Under the pieces are notes generated by a model. It was not told where the DNA came from, ran no database searches, and saw only the letters and a program-made list of their open reading frames with translations. Positions 9,742 through 18,215 of a DNA stretch of 64,000 nucleotides are shown here, piece by piece. Each line of letters starts with the position of its first letter. Within the stretch, counting starts at the first letter, position 1. Source of the stretch: an uncultured delta proteobacterium (GTDB lineage: Bacteria > Myxococcota > Kuafuiibacteriia > Kuafuiibacteriales > Kuafuiibacteriaceae); NCBI GenBank assembly GCA_963803435.1, contig CAWDML010000015.1, positions 32,001 to 96,000 on the forward strand, read 5' to 3'. The position numbers and the translations under genes are program-made.

Positions 9742-10613
9742 GCAACGACAGACCCACCGCGCTCACGGTGGTCGGACTGGTTTACTTCGAGGTCGCGGTT
9801 CCCGAGGCGGTGGTCGCGATGGGCCGTGAGGTCTTCGTCGATCGGATCGAGGTCTCGGTCGGCGGTGCCCTCAACACGGCGTCCATCGCCCACGCGCTGG
9901 GGATGCCGGTGGTGCTCGCCTATCCCTCCGGGTCGGGCCTCACCGATCGGATGGCGTCCGCGATGATCGAGGGCCTCGGCTTCGTATCGCTCACCTGGGA
10001 CGGCCGTGACGACACCGCGGTCTCGGTCGTGATCGACGGCCCCGGCGATCGCGCGTTCGTCAGCTCGGCCGACTTCGCCGCCCTCGAGAGCTGTCCCGAG
10101 CTCCCCGTATCGAGCTGGATCCATGTCCCCGGTCTGCGCGAGGCGAACATCCTCGGGCATCGACTGCGCGCCGCCAGGGCGCGGGGCGCGCGGATCAGCG
10201 TCTCGGCCTGCTGGGCGACGGAAGAGCTCGACGCGCTGTCGCGCAGCACCCACGAGTGGGATCTCCTCTTCCTCAACGAGGTCGAGGCGAAGCGTGCCGC
10301 CGGCTCGATCGAGGAGGCGCCCGCCCGGTTGGGCGGTGCGGCGCCCAACATCATTGTGACCCGCGGGCGCGACGGTGCGTTCGGAGTGGTGGGCGGAGAG
10401 GCGTTCTCGGTCCCGGCCCGACGGATCGACGTGAAGCGCGCGACGGGCGCCGGCGACGCGTTCGCCGCCGGATTCCTGTCGGCCTACGCCCGTGGCGCGA
10501 CGCCGCTCAGAGCCGCCGAGGTGGGCACCGAGGTGGCCGCGCGACGCCTCACCGCGCCGAAGACCAGGATCTTCGACGGGTCGCGCTATCACGATCTTCG
10601 GGTGGCGGGATGA
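9738..10613 (+). CDS. PfkB/ribokinase-family carbohydrate kinase
   Basis: GGALNTA, LFLNEVEA, VTRGRDGA, ATGAGDAFAAGF; TTG start overlaps the upstream stop by 4 nt. Confidence 0.85.
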   Translation: MSNDRPTALTVVGLVYFEVAVPEAVVAMGREVFVDRIEVSVGGALNTASIAHALGMPVVLAYPSGSGLTDRMASAMIEGLGFVSLTWDGRDDTAVSVVIDGPGDRAFVSSADFAALESCPELPVSSWIHVPGLREANILGHRLRAARARGARISVSACWATEELDALSRSTHEWDLLFLNEVEAKRAAGSIEEAPARLGGAAPNIIVTRGRDGAFGVVGGEAFSVPARRIDVKRATGAGDAFAAGFLSAYARGATPLRAAEVGTEVAARRLTAPKTRIFDGSRYHDLRVAG

Positions 10614-11890
10614 TCCGGCGCTTCACGATCGTCGGAGGGGGGAGCGCGTACGCCCCCGGGCTGCTGGCGGCGCTCATCCACCACCGCGAGTCGCTGTCGC
10701 TCGAGGAGATCCGGCTCCACGATCTCGACGCAGGCCGACTCGAGACCGTCACCTCGCTCGGGCAAAGGATGTCGCAAGCCGCGGGCGCCGGCTTCACGGT
10801 CACCGCGAGCACCGACCTCCTCGAGACGCTCCGCGACACCGACGCGGTGCTCAACACCACTCGCCCCGGCGGATTCGAGTGCAGGCGGATCGACGAGACG
10901 CTTCCGCTCGAGTTCGGATGTCCAGGACAGGAGACGGTCGGCCCCGGCGGCTTCTTCTTCGCGCTGCGATCGGTGCCCGCCGCCTTGGCGCTGGTCCGCG
11001 CGATCGAGCAGGTCGCGCCGAACGCGCTGCTGCTCAACTACACCAACCCGACCAACGTGGTGACGCAGGCTCTCACTGGGCGTACGCCGATCTCGGTGCT
11101 CGGACTCTGCGATCAGTCGGACGAGGATCTCGGGGAGCTCTGCCGCGCGCTGTCGGTGGAGCCGGTCTTCCAGTTCTCCAGCATCGGCCTCAACCACGCC
11201 GTCTGGTACGCCGACCTCGAGCTCGGGGGTGCTCCACTCCCCGCCTCGGCGCGCTCGGCGGCGCCGCCGCCTGAGCTCGCGGGCGAGTATCGGCTGCGCT
11301 TCGAGCTGTCGGTCGAGCTGGCCCGGCGCCATCCCGGTTTCTGGCCCAGCTCCTACCTTCCGTACTACTACTGGCCCGAGCGCTTCGTGGAGATGGCGAG
11401 GTCGGAGGGGCCGCGGACGGACGCGATCGTGCCGAAGCTGGACGGCTACTTCGCCCACTTCCGGGAGGAGGCGACGCGCGAGGTGCCCGAGCTGAAGCAT
11501 CACCGCGGCTCGAGCGGGTTCGGAGATCTGGCGGTGCGGGTGCTCCGCGCCCTGTCGCGTGCGATCGGGACGCCGATCGTGGTCAACGTGCAGAACCTCG
11601 GCATCGCCCCCGAGCTCCGCAACACCACGGTGGTGGAGGCGGTCTCCTACGTCTCGAGCGCCGGGATCATCCGCAAGCCTGCGCCCAGGCTCCCCCCGGA
11701 CGAGCTCCCGCTGCTGGCCCGGATCGAGGCCTATCAGCACGCTACGGCGGAGGCGGCGCTGAGCTCCGATCCGCAGCTGGCGGTGGCGGCGCTCGCCGAG
11801 AATCCGCTCGTCCCCTCGATGGAGTCGGCGAAGGCGATGTTCGAGCGTGCCAAGCGGCTGTACGGACCGGCCGTGCCGATGTTTGCATGA
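10610..11890 (+). CDS. Family 4 glycoside hydrolase (NAD+/Mn2+-dependent, possibly phospho-glycosidase)
   Basis: IVGGGSAY, GQETVGPGG, NYTNP, GLCD, GLNH; ATGA overlap. Confidence 0.88.
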   Translation: MIRRFTIVGGGSAYAPGLLAALIHHRESLSLEEIRLHDLDAGRLETVTSLGQRMSQAAGAGFTVTASTDLLETLRDTDAVLNTTRPGGFECRRIDETLPLEFGCPGQETVGPGGFFFALRSVPAALALVRAIEQVAPNALLLNYTNPTNVVTQALTGRTPISVLGLCDQSDEDLGELCRALSVEPVFQFSSIGLNHAVWYADLELGGAPLPASARSAAPPPELAGEYRLRFELSVELARRHPGFWPSSYLPYYYWPERFVEMARSEGPRTDAIVPKLDGYFAHFREEATREVPELKHHRGSSGFGDLAVRVLRALSRAIGTPIVVNVQNLGIAPELRNTTVVEAVSYVSSAGIIRKPAPRLPPDELPLLARIEAYQHATAEAALSSDPQLAVAALAENPLVPSMESAKAMFERAKRLYGPAVPMFA

Positions 11891-12705
11891 AGACACTCCC
11901 CGCGATCGACGCCATCGACTGGTCCCTCTACGAGCGAGTCATCGTGCTCTCGCCGCACCTCGATGACGCCGTGCTCTCGGCGGCAGGCCTGCTCTCCGCG
12001 CTCCGCGACCGTGTGTCGCGGCTGGTGGTGACGATCGCCTGCGGCAACCCGACCTCGGCCGCCGGCAAGAAGTCGCGCGTTCGTCGTGGACACACGCCCC
12101 CTGCCGAGCGACGGCGCGAGGATCGGGACGCCATGCGAGCGCTCGATTGCGACTTCGTCCACCTGGGCTTCTCGGACTGCGTTTTCCGCCGCAGCCCGAT
12201 CACCGGCGAGCTGATCTACAAGAATGCGCGCAACAAGTTTGCGATCGCCGGGCCCGACGATCGCTCGCACGTAGAGGAGCTGTTTCTGACGCTGCGCCGG
12301 CTCTGCCAGCAGATGGGGCGCGTCCTGCTGGTGGCGCCGCTCGGCATCGGCTTCCACGTCGACCATCTGATCTGCGCCCAGATCGCGCTGCGCCTCGCGT
12401 CGATCCCGAACCTCCTCTTCTACGAGGATGTCCCGTACGTGTTCGATCCGGAGGTGGGGAAGGGCGACGCGGACGGCCCGCTCTCCGCGATGGAGCGTCT
12501 CGGTTGCGTCCCCATCCATCGGCTGGCCCTGCCGTACGACGTGGCCGAAAAGGTGCGTCTCACCGGCCACTACGCGTCACAACTCCCGGCGCTCTTCCCG
12601 GAGGAGGGCGCCTTCGAGCGCAAGCTCACCCAGCGGACCTATGACGGGCGGCCCTGCGAGTTCTTCTGGCGAGCCAGGCCGCTCGAGGAATGGAGCTCAT
12701 CATGA
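11887..12705 (+). CDS. PIG-L/LmbE family N-deacetylase
   Basis: SPHLDDAVLS, RRRED, HVDH, FYEDVPY, YASQL; ATGA overlap. Confidence 0.85.
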   Translation: MKTLPAIDAIDWSLYERVIVLSPHLDDAVLSAAGLLSALRDRVSRLVVTIACGNPTSAAGKKSRVRRGHTPPAERRREDRDAMRALDCDFVHLGFSDCVFRRSPITGELIYKNARNKFAIAGPDDRSHVEELFLTLRRLCQQMGRVLLVAPLGIGFHVDHLICAQIALRLASIPNLLFYEDVPYVFDPEVGKGDADGPLSAMERLGCVPIHRLALPYDVAEKVRLTGHYASQLPALFPEEGAFERKLTQRTYDGRPCEFFWRARPLEEWSSS

Positions 12706-13745
12706 TGGACTGCCACATGGCTAAGGAGACGAGGGAGCAGCCCGGCCTGGTCCGGCGGATGGTGCCGACGTGGGCGCGCTCCTCGGAGAAGGCGCTCGCG
12801 GTCCTGGAGGCTCGCCGCCAGCTCGCTGTGGTCGGCCGCGGCAGCTCGGGGAACGCGTGCACCTTCGCCACCTATCTCTACGCGATGCACCACGGGCGCC
12901 ACCCGATCGAGTTCCGCCCGTGGATCTGCACGCAGCCGAGCGCGCGCGAGGTCCGCTGGGACGACGCCGGCGTCTTCGCCTACTCCTCGTCGGGCCAGAG
13001 CACCGACGTGGCGCAGACGGCGCTGTGGCTCAAGGAGCGGGGGGCCGCGGTGGTGGGCGTGACGAACGGTCCTGCCGACTCCAACCTGGCGCGCGCGTCC
13101 GACGCGCTGGTTTCGCTCGACGCCGGCGAGGAGCGCGCGGTTCCGGCGACCAAGAGCTTCACCGCGCAGCTCTTCGCGACCGCCGCGCTCTGCGGCTTCC
13201 CCATCGAGCCCGTCGCCGAGCCGATCGCCGCCAGCATGGACTCCATCCTGGCCTCCGACGCCGCGTCGCGAATCGCCGACTTCATCACCGGCGGGCGCGT
13301 GGTCGCCTGGGTGGCGCGCGGCCCCGCGCTGGCGGCGGCCAGGGACGCGGCCCTGAAGGTGCAGGAGGCTGTCGGCATGGTCTCCTCCGCGTGGTCGGCG
13401 GCGGAGCTCCTGCATGGTCCGATCGGCGCGCTGTCCCGCCTCGATCGGATCGTGCTCATGCAGGACACGCCCGCGCCGGCCGAGAGCCTCGATGCGGTGT
13501 CGGTCAACCTGCTCGCGCGTGGCGCACCGCACCTGATGGTCGCCGACACCGAGACCTCGGCCGCCGGCGATCGCCCGCACGCGCACTTCGATCTCTCGGT
13601 GCGCGTTCCGCTGCCGCAGCCGCGGTGGGCGCGGACGATCGTGTTCGCGTTTCTCTCGCAGGTGGTCACGCTGGAGCTCGCGGAGAGGGCGGGGATCAAT
13701 CCGGATCACCCGCGCGGGCTCAATAAGGTGACGCTGACCCAGTGA
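12702..13745 (+). CDS. Double-SIS-domain protein (GlmS isomerase / glucosamine-6-P deaminase-like, no glutaminase domain)
   Basis: MAKETREQP, GRGSS, SSSGQSTD, GEERAVPATKSF, ELLHGP, NPDHPRGLNKVT; ATGA overlap. Confidence 0.85.
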   Translation: MMDCHMAKETREQPGLVRRMVPTWARSSEKALAVLEARRQLAVVGRGSSGNACTFATYLYAMHHGRHPIEFRPWICTQPSAREVRWDDAGVFAYSSSGQSTDVAQTALWLKERGAAVVGVTNGPADSNLARASDALVSLDAGEERAVPATKSFTAQLFATAALCGFPIEPVAEPIAASMDSILASDAASRIADFITGGRVVAWVARGPALAAARDAALKVQEAVGMVSSAWSAAELLHGPIGALSRLDRIVLMQDTPAPAESLDAVSVNLLARGAPHLMVADTETSAAGDRPHAHFDLSVRVPLPQPRWARTIVFAFLSQVVTLELAERAGINPDHPRGLNKVTLTQ

Positions 13746-13757
13746 CCGGGTCCCGGC

Positions 13758-14873
13758 TCAGGAGCGCGCGAGCCGCTTCGCCACCTGCGTCAGCGTCTCC
13801 GCGCGCTCGCGCTCGCCGCGGGCCTCGTGGAGGCGGGCCGTGAGCCGGTAGAGGTACGGGTTGAGCGGATTGGCCCGGATTGCCAGCTCGCACTTCTGCA
13901 CCGTGTGATCGCTCGTCGGATCCTTCTCGGCGAGCTCCTGGCAGTCCTGCAGGATCAGCCTCTGCGACGAGTACGCCGGGTTCGTCCCCTGGTAGACGTT
14001 GAAGAACAGGATGCCCCGGGACTCGCTGTCGTCGGCGAGGCTGGCCGGATAGCCGTGGAGGGCGATCAGCATCTGGGCGACGCAGAAGACGACGATGCCG
14101 AGCATGCTGAGGACCACGACGGAGAGGGCCCGGTTGGTGCCGACGTTCTGCACCATGCCCAGCGGGAGCACGTACGCGATGGCCGCGCCGACCGCAAAGC
14201 CGCCGACGTGAGCGGCGTTGTCGATGCCCGGGACGACGAGACCCCAGACGACTAGATAGATGCCCCACCGGATCAACACCTTCTTCACGTCGGCGCCGAT
14301 CGGCCCCATGCGGTGGGTACCCACCAGCGCCGCCCCCAGCATCCCGCAGACCGCGCCCGAGGCGCCCACCGAGAAGGACAGACCGCCGAGGACCACCGTG
14401 TGCCACGCATAGCTGGCGGCCATCGAGGCGGTGCCGCTGACGAGGTACATGATGATCATCTTCTTGCGATCGAAGATCTGCTCGACCAGCCGCCCGATCA
14501 CGGCCAGCCCGTAGAGGTTGAACGCGATGTGGACCAGGTCGTGGTGCGCGAACATCGAGGTGACGAAGCGCCAGTACTCGCCTTGCCAGATCCCCCAGCT
14601 GGTGATCCCGCCCAGCGCATCGATGCTGAACCCGGAGAACGCGATCGCGTTGGGGATGCCGGCGAGCATCGCCATCAAGGCGTAATAGACGAGGCACAAG
14701 AGCATCATGATCCCGGTCCCCGGTGCGCCGCGGAGCGACTCGGGGAGCAGGTGCTCGAAGATCAGGCCCTCGAGCTTGGTCCCGTGGAGGTAGCGCCCGC
14801 ACTGGCGGCACCGCACCAGCTGCGGCGTGATCAGGGCGCCGCAGTCGGGACAGGTCTTGACGTCCGGATTCAC
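13758..14873 (-). CDS. Rhomboid intramembrane serine protease with N-terminal zinc ribbon and C-terminal TPR
   Basis: CPDC...CRQC, WRFVTSMFAH, HIAFN, GASG, AHVGG. Confidence 0.88.
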   Translation of the reverse strand: MNPDVKTCPDCGALITPQLVRCRQCGRYLHGTKLEGLIFEHLLPESLRGAPGTGIMMLLCLVYYALMAMLAGIPNAIAFSGFSIDALGGITSWGIWQGEYWRFVTSMFAHHDLVHIAFNLYGLAVIGRLVEQIFDRKKMIIMYLVSGTASMAASYAWHTVVLGGLSFSVGASGAVCGMLGAALVGTHRMGPIGADVKKVLIRWGIYLVVWGLVVPGIDNAAHVGGFAVGAAIAYVLPLGMVQNVGTNRALSVVVLSMLGIVVFCVAQMLIALHGYPASLADDSESRGILFFNVYQGTNPAYSSQRLILQDCQELAEKDPTSDHTVQKCELAIRANPLNPYLYRLTARLHEARGERERAETLTQVAKRLARS

Positions 14874-14877
14874 GCGC

Positions 14878-15288
14878 TCAGCTCCTCGGCGGCGTCCCGG
14901 TCGAGGTGAGCGACTTCAGGATGTCGATGGTCGTCGGGTCGGTGGGATGGATGCTGGGGCCCGTGAGGTCCACATCGAAGGCGTAGGTCGCCGCGGGCCA
15001 ATCCTTCTTCTGAGGCACGTGCGCCGACACCCTCACAAAACCGTAACAGCTCGAGACGATCTCGCTCGACCAAGAAATGTCGAAATTCTCGACTCCGGGG
15101 TGAAGCGCCAGGATGGCGTCCGTGATCGTGGGGCCGTCGGGGACCGCTCGGTAGTCGCGGACCAGCGTGGTGGCCTTCTCGTGATCGGAGGTATCGAACC
15201 GCCCCTGGAGCCAGGTGAGGGTGGCGAACAGGACTCCGATCAGGGACGCGGCCAAGAGGAGCCGCCAGAGGTCCAGGCCCTTGCGCAC
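14878..15288 (-). CDS. Hypothetical exported or membrane-anchored protein
   Basis: N-terminal hydrophobic helix; tightly packed in the operon. Confidence 0.6.
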   Translation of the reverse strand: MRKGLDLWRLLLAASLIGVLFATLTWLQGRFDTSDHEKATTLVRDYRAVPDGPTITDAILALHPGVENFDISWSSEIVSSCYGFVRVSAHVPQKKDWPAATYAFDVDLTGPSIHPTDPTTIDILKSLTSTGTPPRS

Positions 15289-15710
15289 TAACGACGGCCT
15301 ACGCGGGATGTCACCAACTCGTCGAGCGCCTTCTTCTGCTGGGGCGACGCCCGCGCATCGACGCGCGTCCTGCGTTTGGCGGGCTGCGTGCGGACGTCGG
15401 GCGCGGCCGCGCGGGTGGCGCGCCGCAGGATCGCCACGCGCTCACTCGCGCGGGGATCATGCTGCACCTTGGGGACGCTCTTGGGCGCCGGCTTCTTGGC
15501 CGGACTCTTCCACGAGGCCCACAGCGAGTCGACCCAGGCCCTCGCCTGCGGCGCGAGCCGATGCAGGCGATAGCGGCGATACAACGTCTGCCCGCCGACC
15601 TCGATGCTGACGACCGCGAACGCGAGCCCGACCAAGACCCCGAAGAACACGAGGTAACGAAGGAGGGTACGCACGCGGACATCATCGGCCGTGCTCGTAC
15701 CTCTGTCCAA
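15288..15710 (-). CDS. Hypothetical membrane-anchored basic protein
   Basis: TM segment LVFFGVLVGLAFAVV followed by a K/R/P-rich tail; start uncertain. Confidence 0.55.
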   Translation of the reverse strand: MDRGTSTADDVRVRTLLRYLVFFGVLVGLAFAVVSIEVGGQTLYRRYRLHRLAPQARAWVDSLWASWKSPAKKPAPKSVPKVQHDPRASERVAILRRATRAAAPDVRTQPAKRRTRVDARASPQQKKALDELVTSRVGRR

Positions 15711-15723
15711 AAACTGGACGGGA

Positions 15724-16989
15724 TCAGGTTCGGATGAACTTCTGCTCGCCGTTCGGCCCGTCGAGCCAGCGGCCGAAGGCCTCGTGAAGGCGCGACTCGC
15801 GGGCCCAGGCGACGATCAGGTCGGCGATCGCCTGCGCCCGGGCCACCGGCTCAGGGTTCTGATCAGCGAGCGCCGCCAGCTTCTCCACGAAGTCGTTCCG
15901 GGCCGCGACCACCCGCTCCCGCTCTTCCCCGCTGAGCCAGGGCAGATCCTCGTAGTTGAGGAGCGGGAGGCCGCCGCGCTGATCGAACGTCGGGAGCCGC
16001 GCTTCGGGCTGCGCGCCGCCGGGATAGAACGTCGAGCCCGCCATGAAGCGATAGAGCCGCTGGCCCTCGCCGGGCTTCACGGCCTCGATCCGGTCTGCGA
16101 CCTCGCGCGGCAGCGACTTCACCTGGAGCGGGCGCCGCTTCGAGTCGTAGTGCAGCTCGTCGGGGGCGAGCCGAAGCAGGCGCAGCCCGTCCTTCCCGTC
16201 GAAGCCCCAGTTGCCGTTGACCAGGCCGTCGAGGAGGGAGTCGACGATCCGAGCCTTCTCCGGAGCGGTGCCGCCCCGCGTCTCGAACCCGACGCGGTCG
16301 CGGTGGCCGTAGGCGCCGCTGCCTCGCACGTTCACGATCAGGTGCTTCGAGAACGCGGTGGCGAACATGTTCTTGCCGCCGAGGATCTCTGCGCCCAGCT
16401 CGAGGTGCTGCTCGGTGGGGATCGACAGCCCCTTGATCGAGAACTTCCAGTGGTCCTCGTCGTTGCCGCGGGCGCCGCGCGTCGCCAGCGCGTCGAGGAA
16501 GCACCAGAGGTTCGCGTTCCGCATCCAGGTGATCTGGCGCTGGATGACCTCGGGTCCGCCGCCGCGCATGAAGCTGGTGTGGACGTGACCCCAGCCGAAG
16601 TTCTTGAGGAAGTCGGCGAGCTCGTCGACGTCGTCGAACGGGTTGCTGATGACCTCGATCCAGCCGTTCTTCTCGAACTCAATCTTGGTGTACTCGGCGC
16701 CCGGCAGTGCCTGCATCTTGGGAAAGTTGCCGTGGCGCGCCTTGTAAGCGAGCGCCCACTGCGCCTTGCCCTTGTCGTTGAGATCGGTCCAGGCGACCTG
16801 CGCCGAGGGCTTCACGGCCACGCCGGCCTGCAGGAGGTCCTGCGTGACGTTACCGAGCAGGCTCGCGTCCCACGCGCTGGGGATGGTGCCGTCGAGCTTC
16901 CTGCCCGCGTCCATCTTGCGGAGATTGAACTCCTTCTCAGCGCCGGTCTGGACCGGGTTCCGAGTTGCGATGTCGATCAGCCTCGTCAT
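15724..16989 (-). CDS. Putative COOH-NH2 amidoligase (Amidoligase_2 / glutamate-cysteine ligase-like fold), 421 aa
   Basis: Ordered motifs TGAEKEF (GxExE), WIEVISNPF (EvvSP), GHVHTS (HxH), KHLIVN, GFETR (EfR); start at MTRL overlaps the upstream stop (ATGA). Confidence 0.6.
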   Translation of the reverse strand: MTRLIDIATRNPVQTGAEKEFNLRKMDAGRKLDGTIPSAWDASLLGNVTQDLLQAGVAVKPSAQVAWTDLNDKGKAQWALAYKARHGNFPKMQALPGAEYTKIEFEKNGWIEVISNPFDDVDELADFLKNFGWGHVHTSFMRGGGPEVIQRQITWMRNANLWCFLDALATRGARGNDEDHWKFSIKGLSIPTEQHLELGAEILGGKNMFATAFSKHLIVNVRGSGAYGHRDRVGFETRGGTAPEKARIVDSLLDGLVNGNWGFDGKDGLRLLRLAPDELHYDSKRRPLQVKSLPREVADRIEAVKPGEGQRLYRFMAGSTFYPGGAQPEARLPTFDQRGGLPLLNYEDLPWLSGEERERVVAARNDFVEKLAALADQNPEPVARAQAIADLIVAWARESRLHEAFGRWLDGPNGEQKFIRT

Positions 16990-18208
16990 GCCAACATCCT
17001 CACCAGCCGGTGCGGCTCGCGATCGAACTGCACGCTCCAGAGCGACTCCAGGTCGGTCAGCCCGCCCTCGAGCGCGCGCTTCAAGAATCCCGTTCACCGC
17101 CTCGCGATAGAAGCCCTGTCCGCCCGCCGGATCCGCGTCCGCCATGTCTTGAACCGTGGTCGCCAGCGCGCGCAGCGGGAAGAGCGCCTCGGCGTCGATG
17201 GCCCGCAGCACGGCGTCGAGCCGCGGCCGCCACGACGATGAGAATCCCGGCGTGAACGTCGAGCTCCCCCATGAAGCCGGCGATGAGCAGCGGCTCGGGT
17301 GGCTCGCCGGTCGCGAGCGCGCGGGCGATCCGGTGCGCCTCAGCGTGCGACTGCTCGTGCCGTCCCTCCGAGAGGTAGAGCGACATCGACCCGTGCCGCC
17401 GCCGCCGATAGTCCTCCCGCGACTCGGGGTGGAACTCGCCGATCCGGGTCATCGAATAGTCGGGCGCCGAGCTCGCCTGATCGAACATCACCGCGAACGC
17501 GTCCAGGTACGGCTGGCCGCGAAGCTGCGATTCCAGCTCCGGCTCGCCAGCGATACGCGCGAGCGCAGGGGCCGCCTCGAGGCCCTCGCCGCGTCTCAGG
17601 AGCGGCGTGCGTGCCGGGCGCCCCAGCTTCGTCGCCCTGGCGCGCAGCAGCGCCAGTTGACCGGCGGGAAACTTCGCGACGGCCTCGCACATTCCGGCCG
17701 ACGCCAGCGCGATGGAGACGGCCTCGGGATCCGAGAGGTCCCCGCGCCGGCGACCCATGAACGCGTTCAGCGACTCGACGGCCGACGCTAGCCGCCGGGC
17801 CTCCTCCCACGATCCGCGCGCCTCGGAGAGCGCGATCGGGGGTACCTGATCGATCGCGGACTCGCCCGCGCCCAGGGCCCGCATGAGACGCTCCGCGACC
17901 GCCCGCGCCCGCTGGGCGGACGCCGCGTTCCCGAGGCCGCGCTCGCAGCGCTCGATCACCAGCGCGTCTCCGGGATGGACGCTCCCGAGTGCGCTCACGC
18001 CCAGCATCACGTCGATCGCCCGCTGCCACTTGCCCATCTTCAGCAGCGCGACCGCCTGGCGCCTGAGCCCGTCGATCGCGTCGCCGCCGATCGCGAGCCC
18101 GTCGGCGAGATCGCACTCGCCCTCGAGGTAGAGCTCGACCGATCCCCAGGAGCGGATCGAGTCGTCGTCCCGCCGTGCGTAGAGGTCCGCTTGGTGTATT
18201 CCGGCCAT
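16986..18208 (-). CDS. Protein with N-terminal SycD/LcrH-like (class II T3SS chaperone) TPR domain and unknown C-terminal domain; two +1 frameshifts
   Basis: YLEGECDLADGLAIGGDAIDGLRRQAVALLKMGKWQRAIDVMLGVSAL...C...LG follows the SycD pattern as I recall it; removing a base at ~17242 and ~17085 gives ~406 aa ending LVRMLA-stop. Confidence 0.55.
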
Positions 18209-18215
18209 GGTGAAC

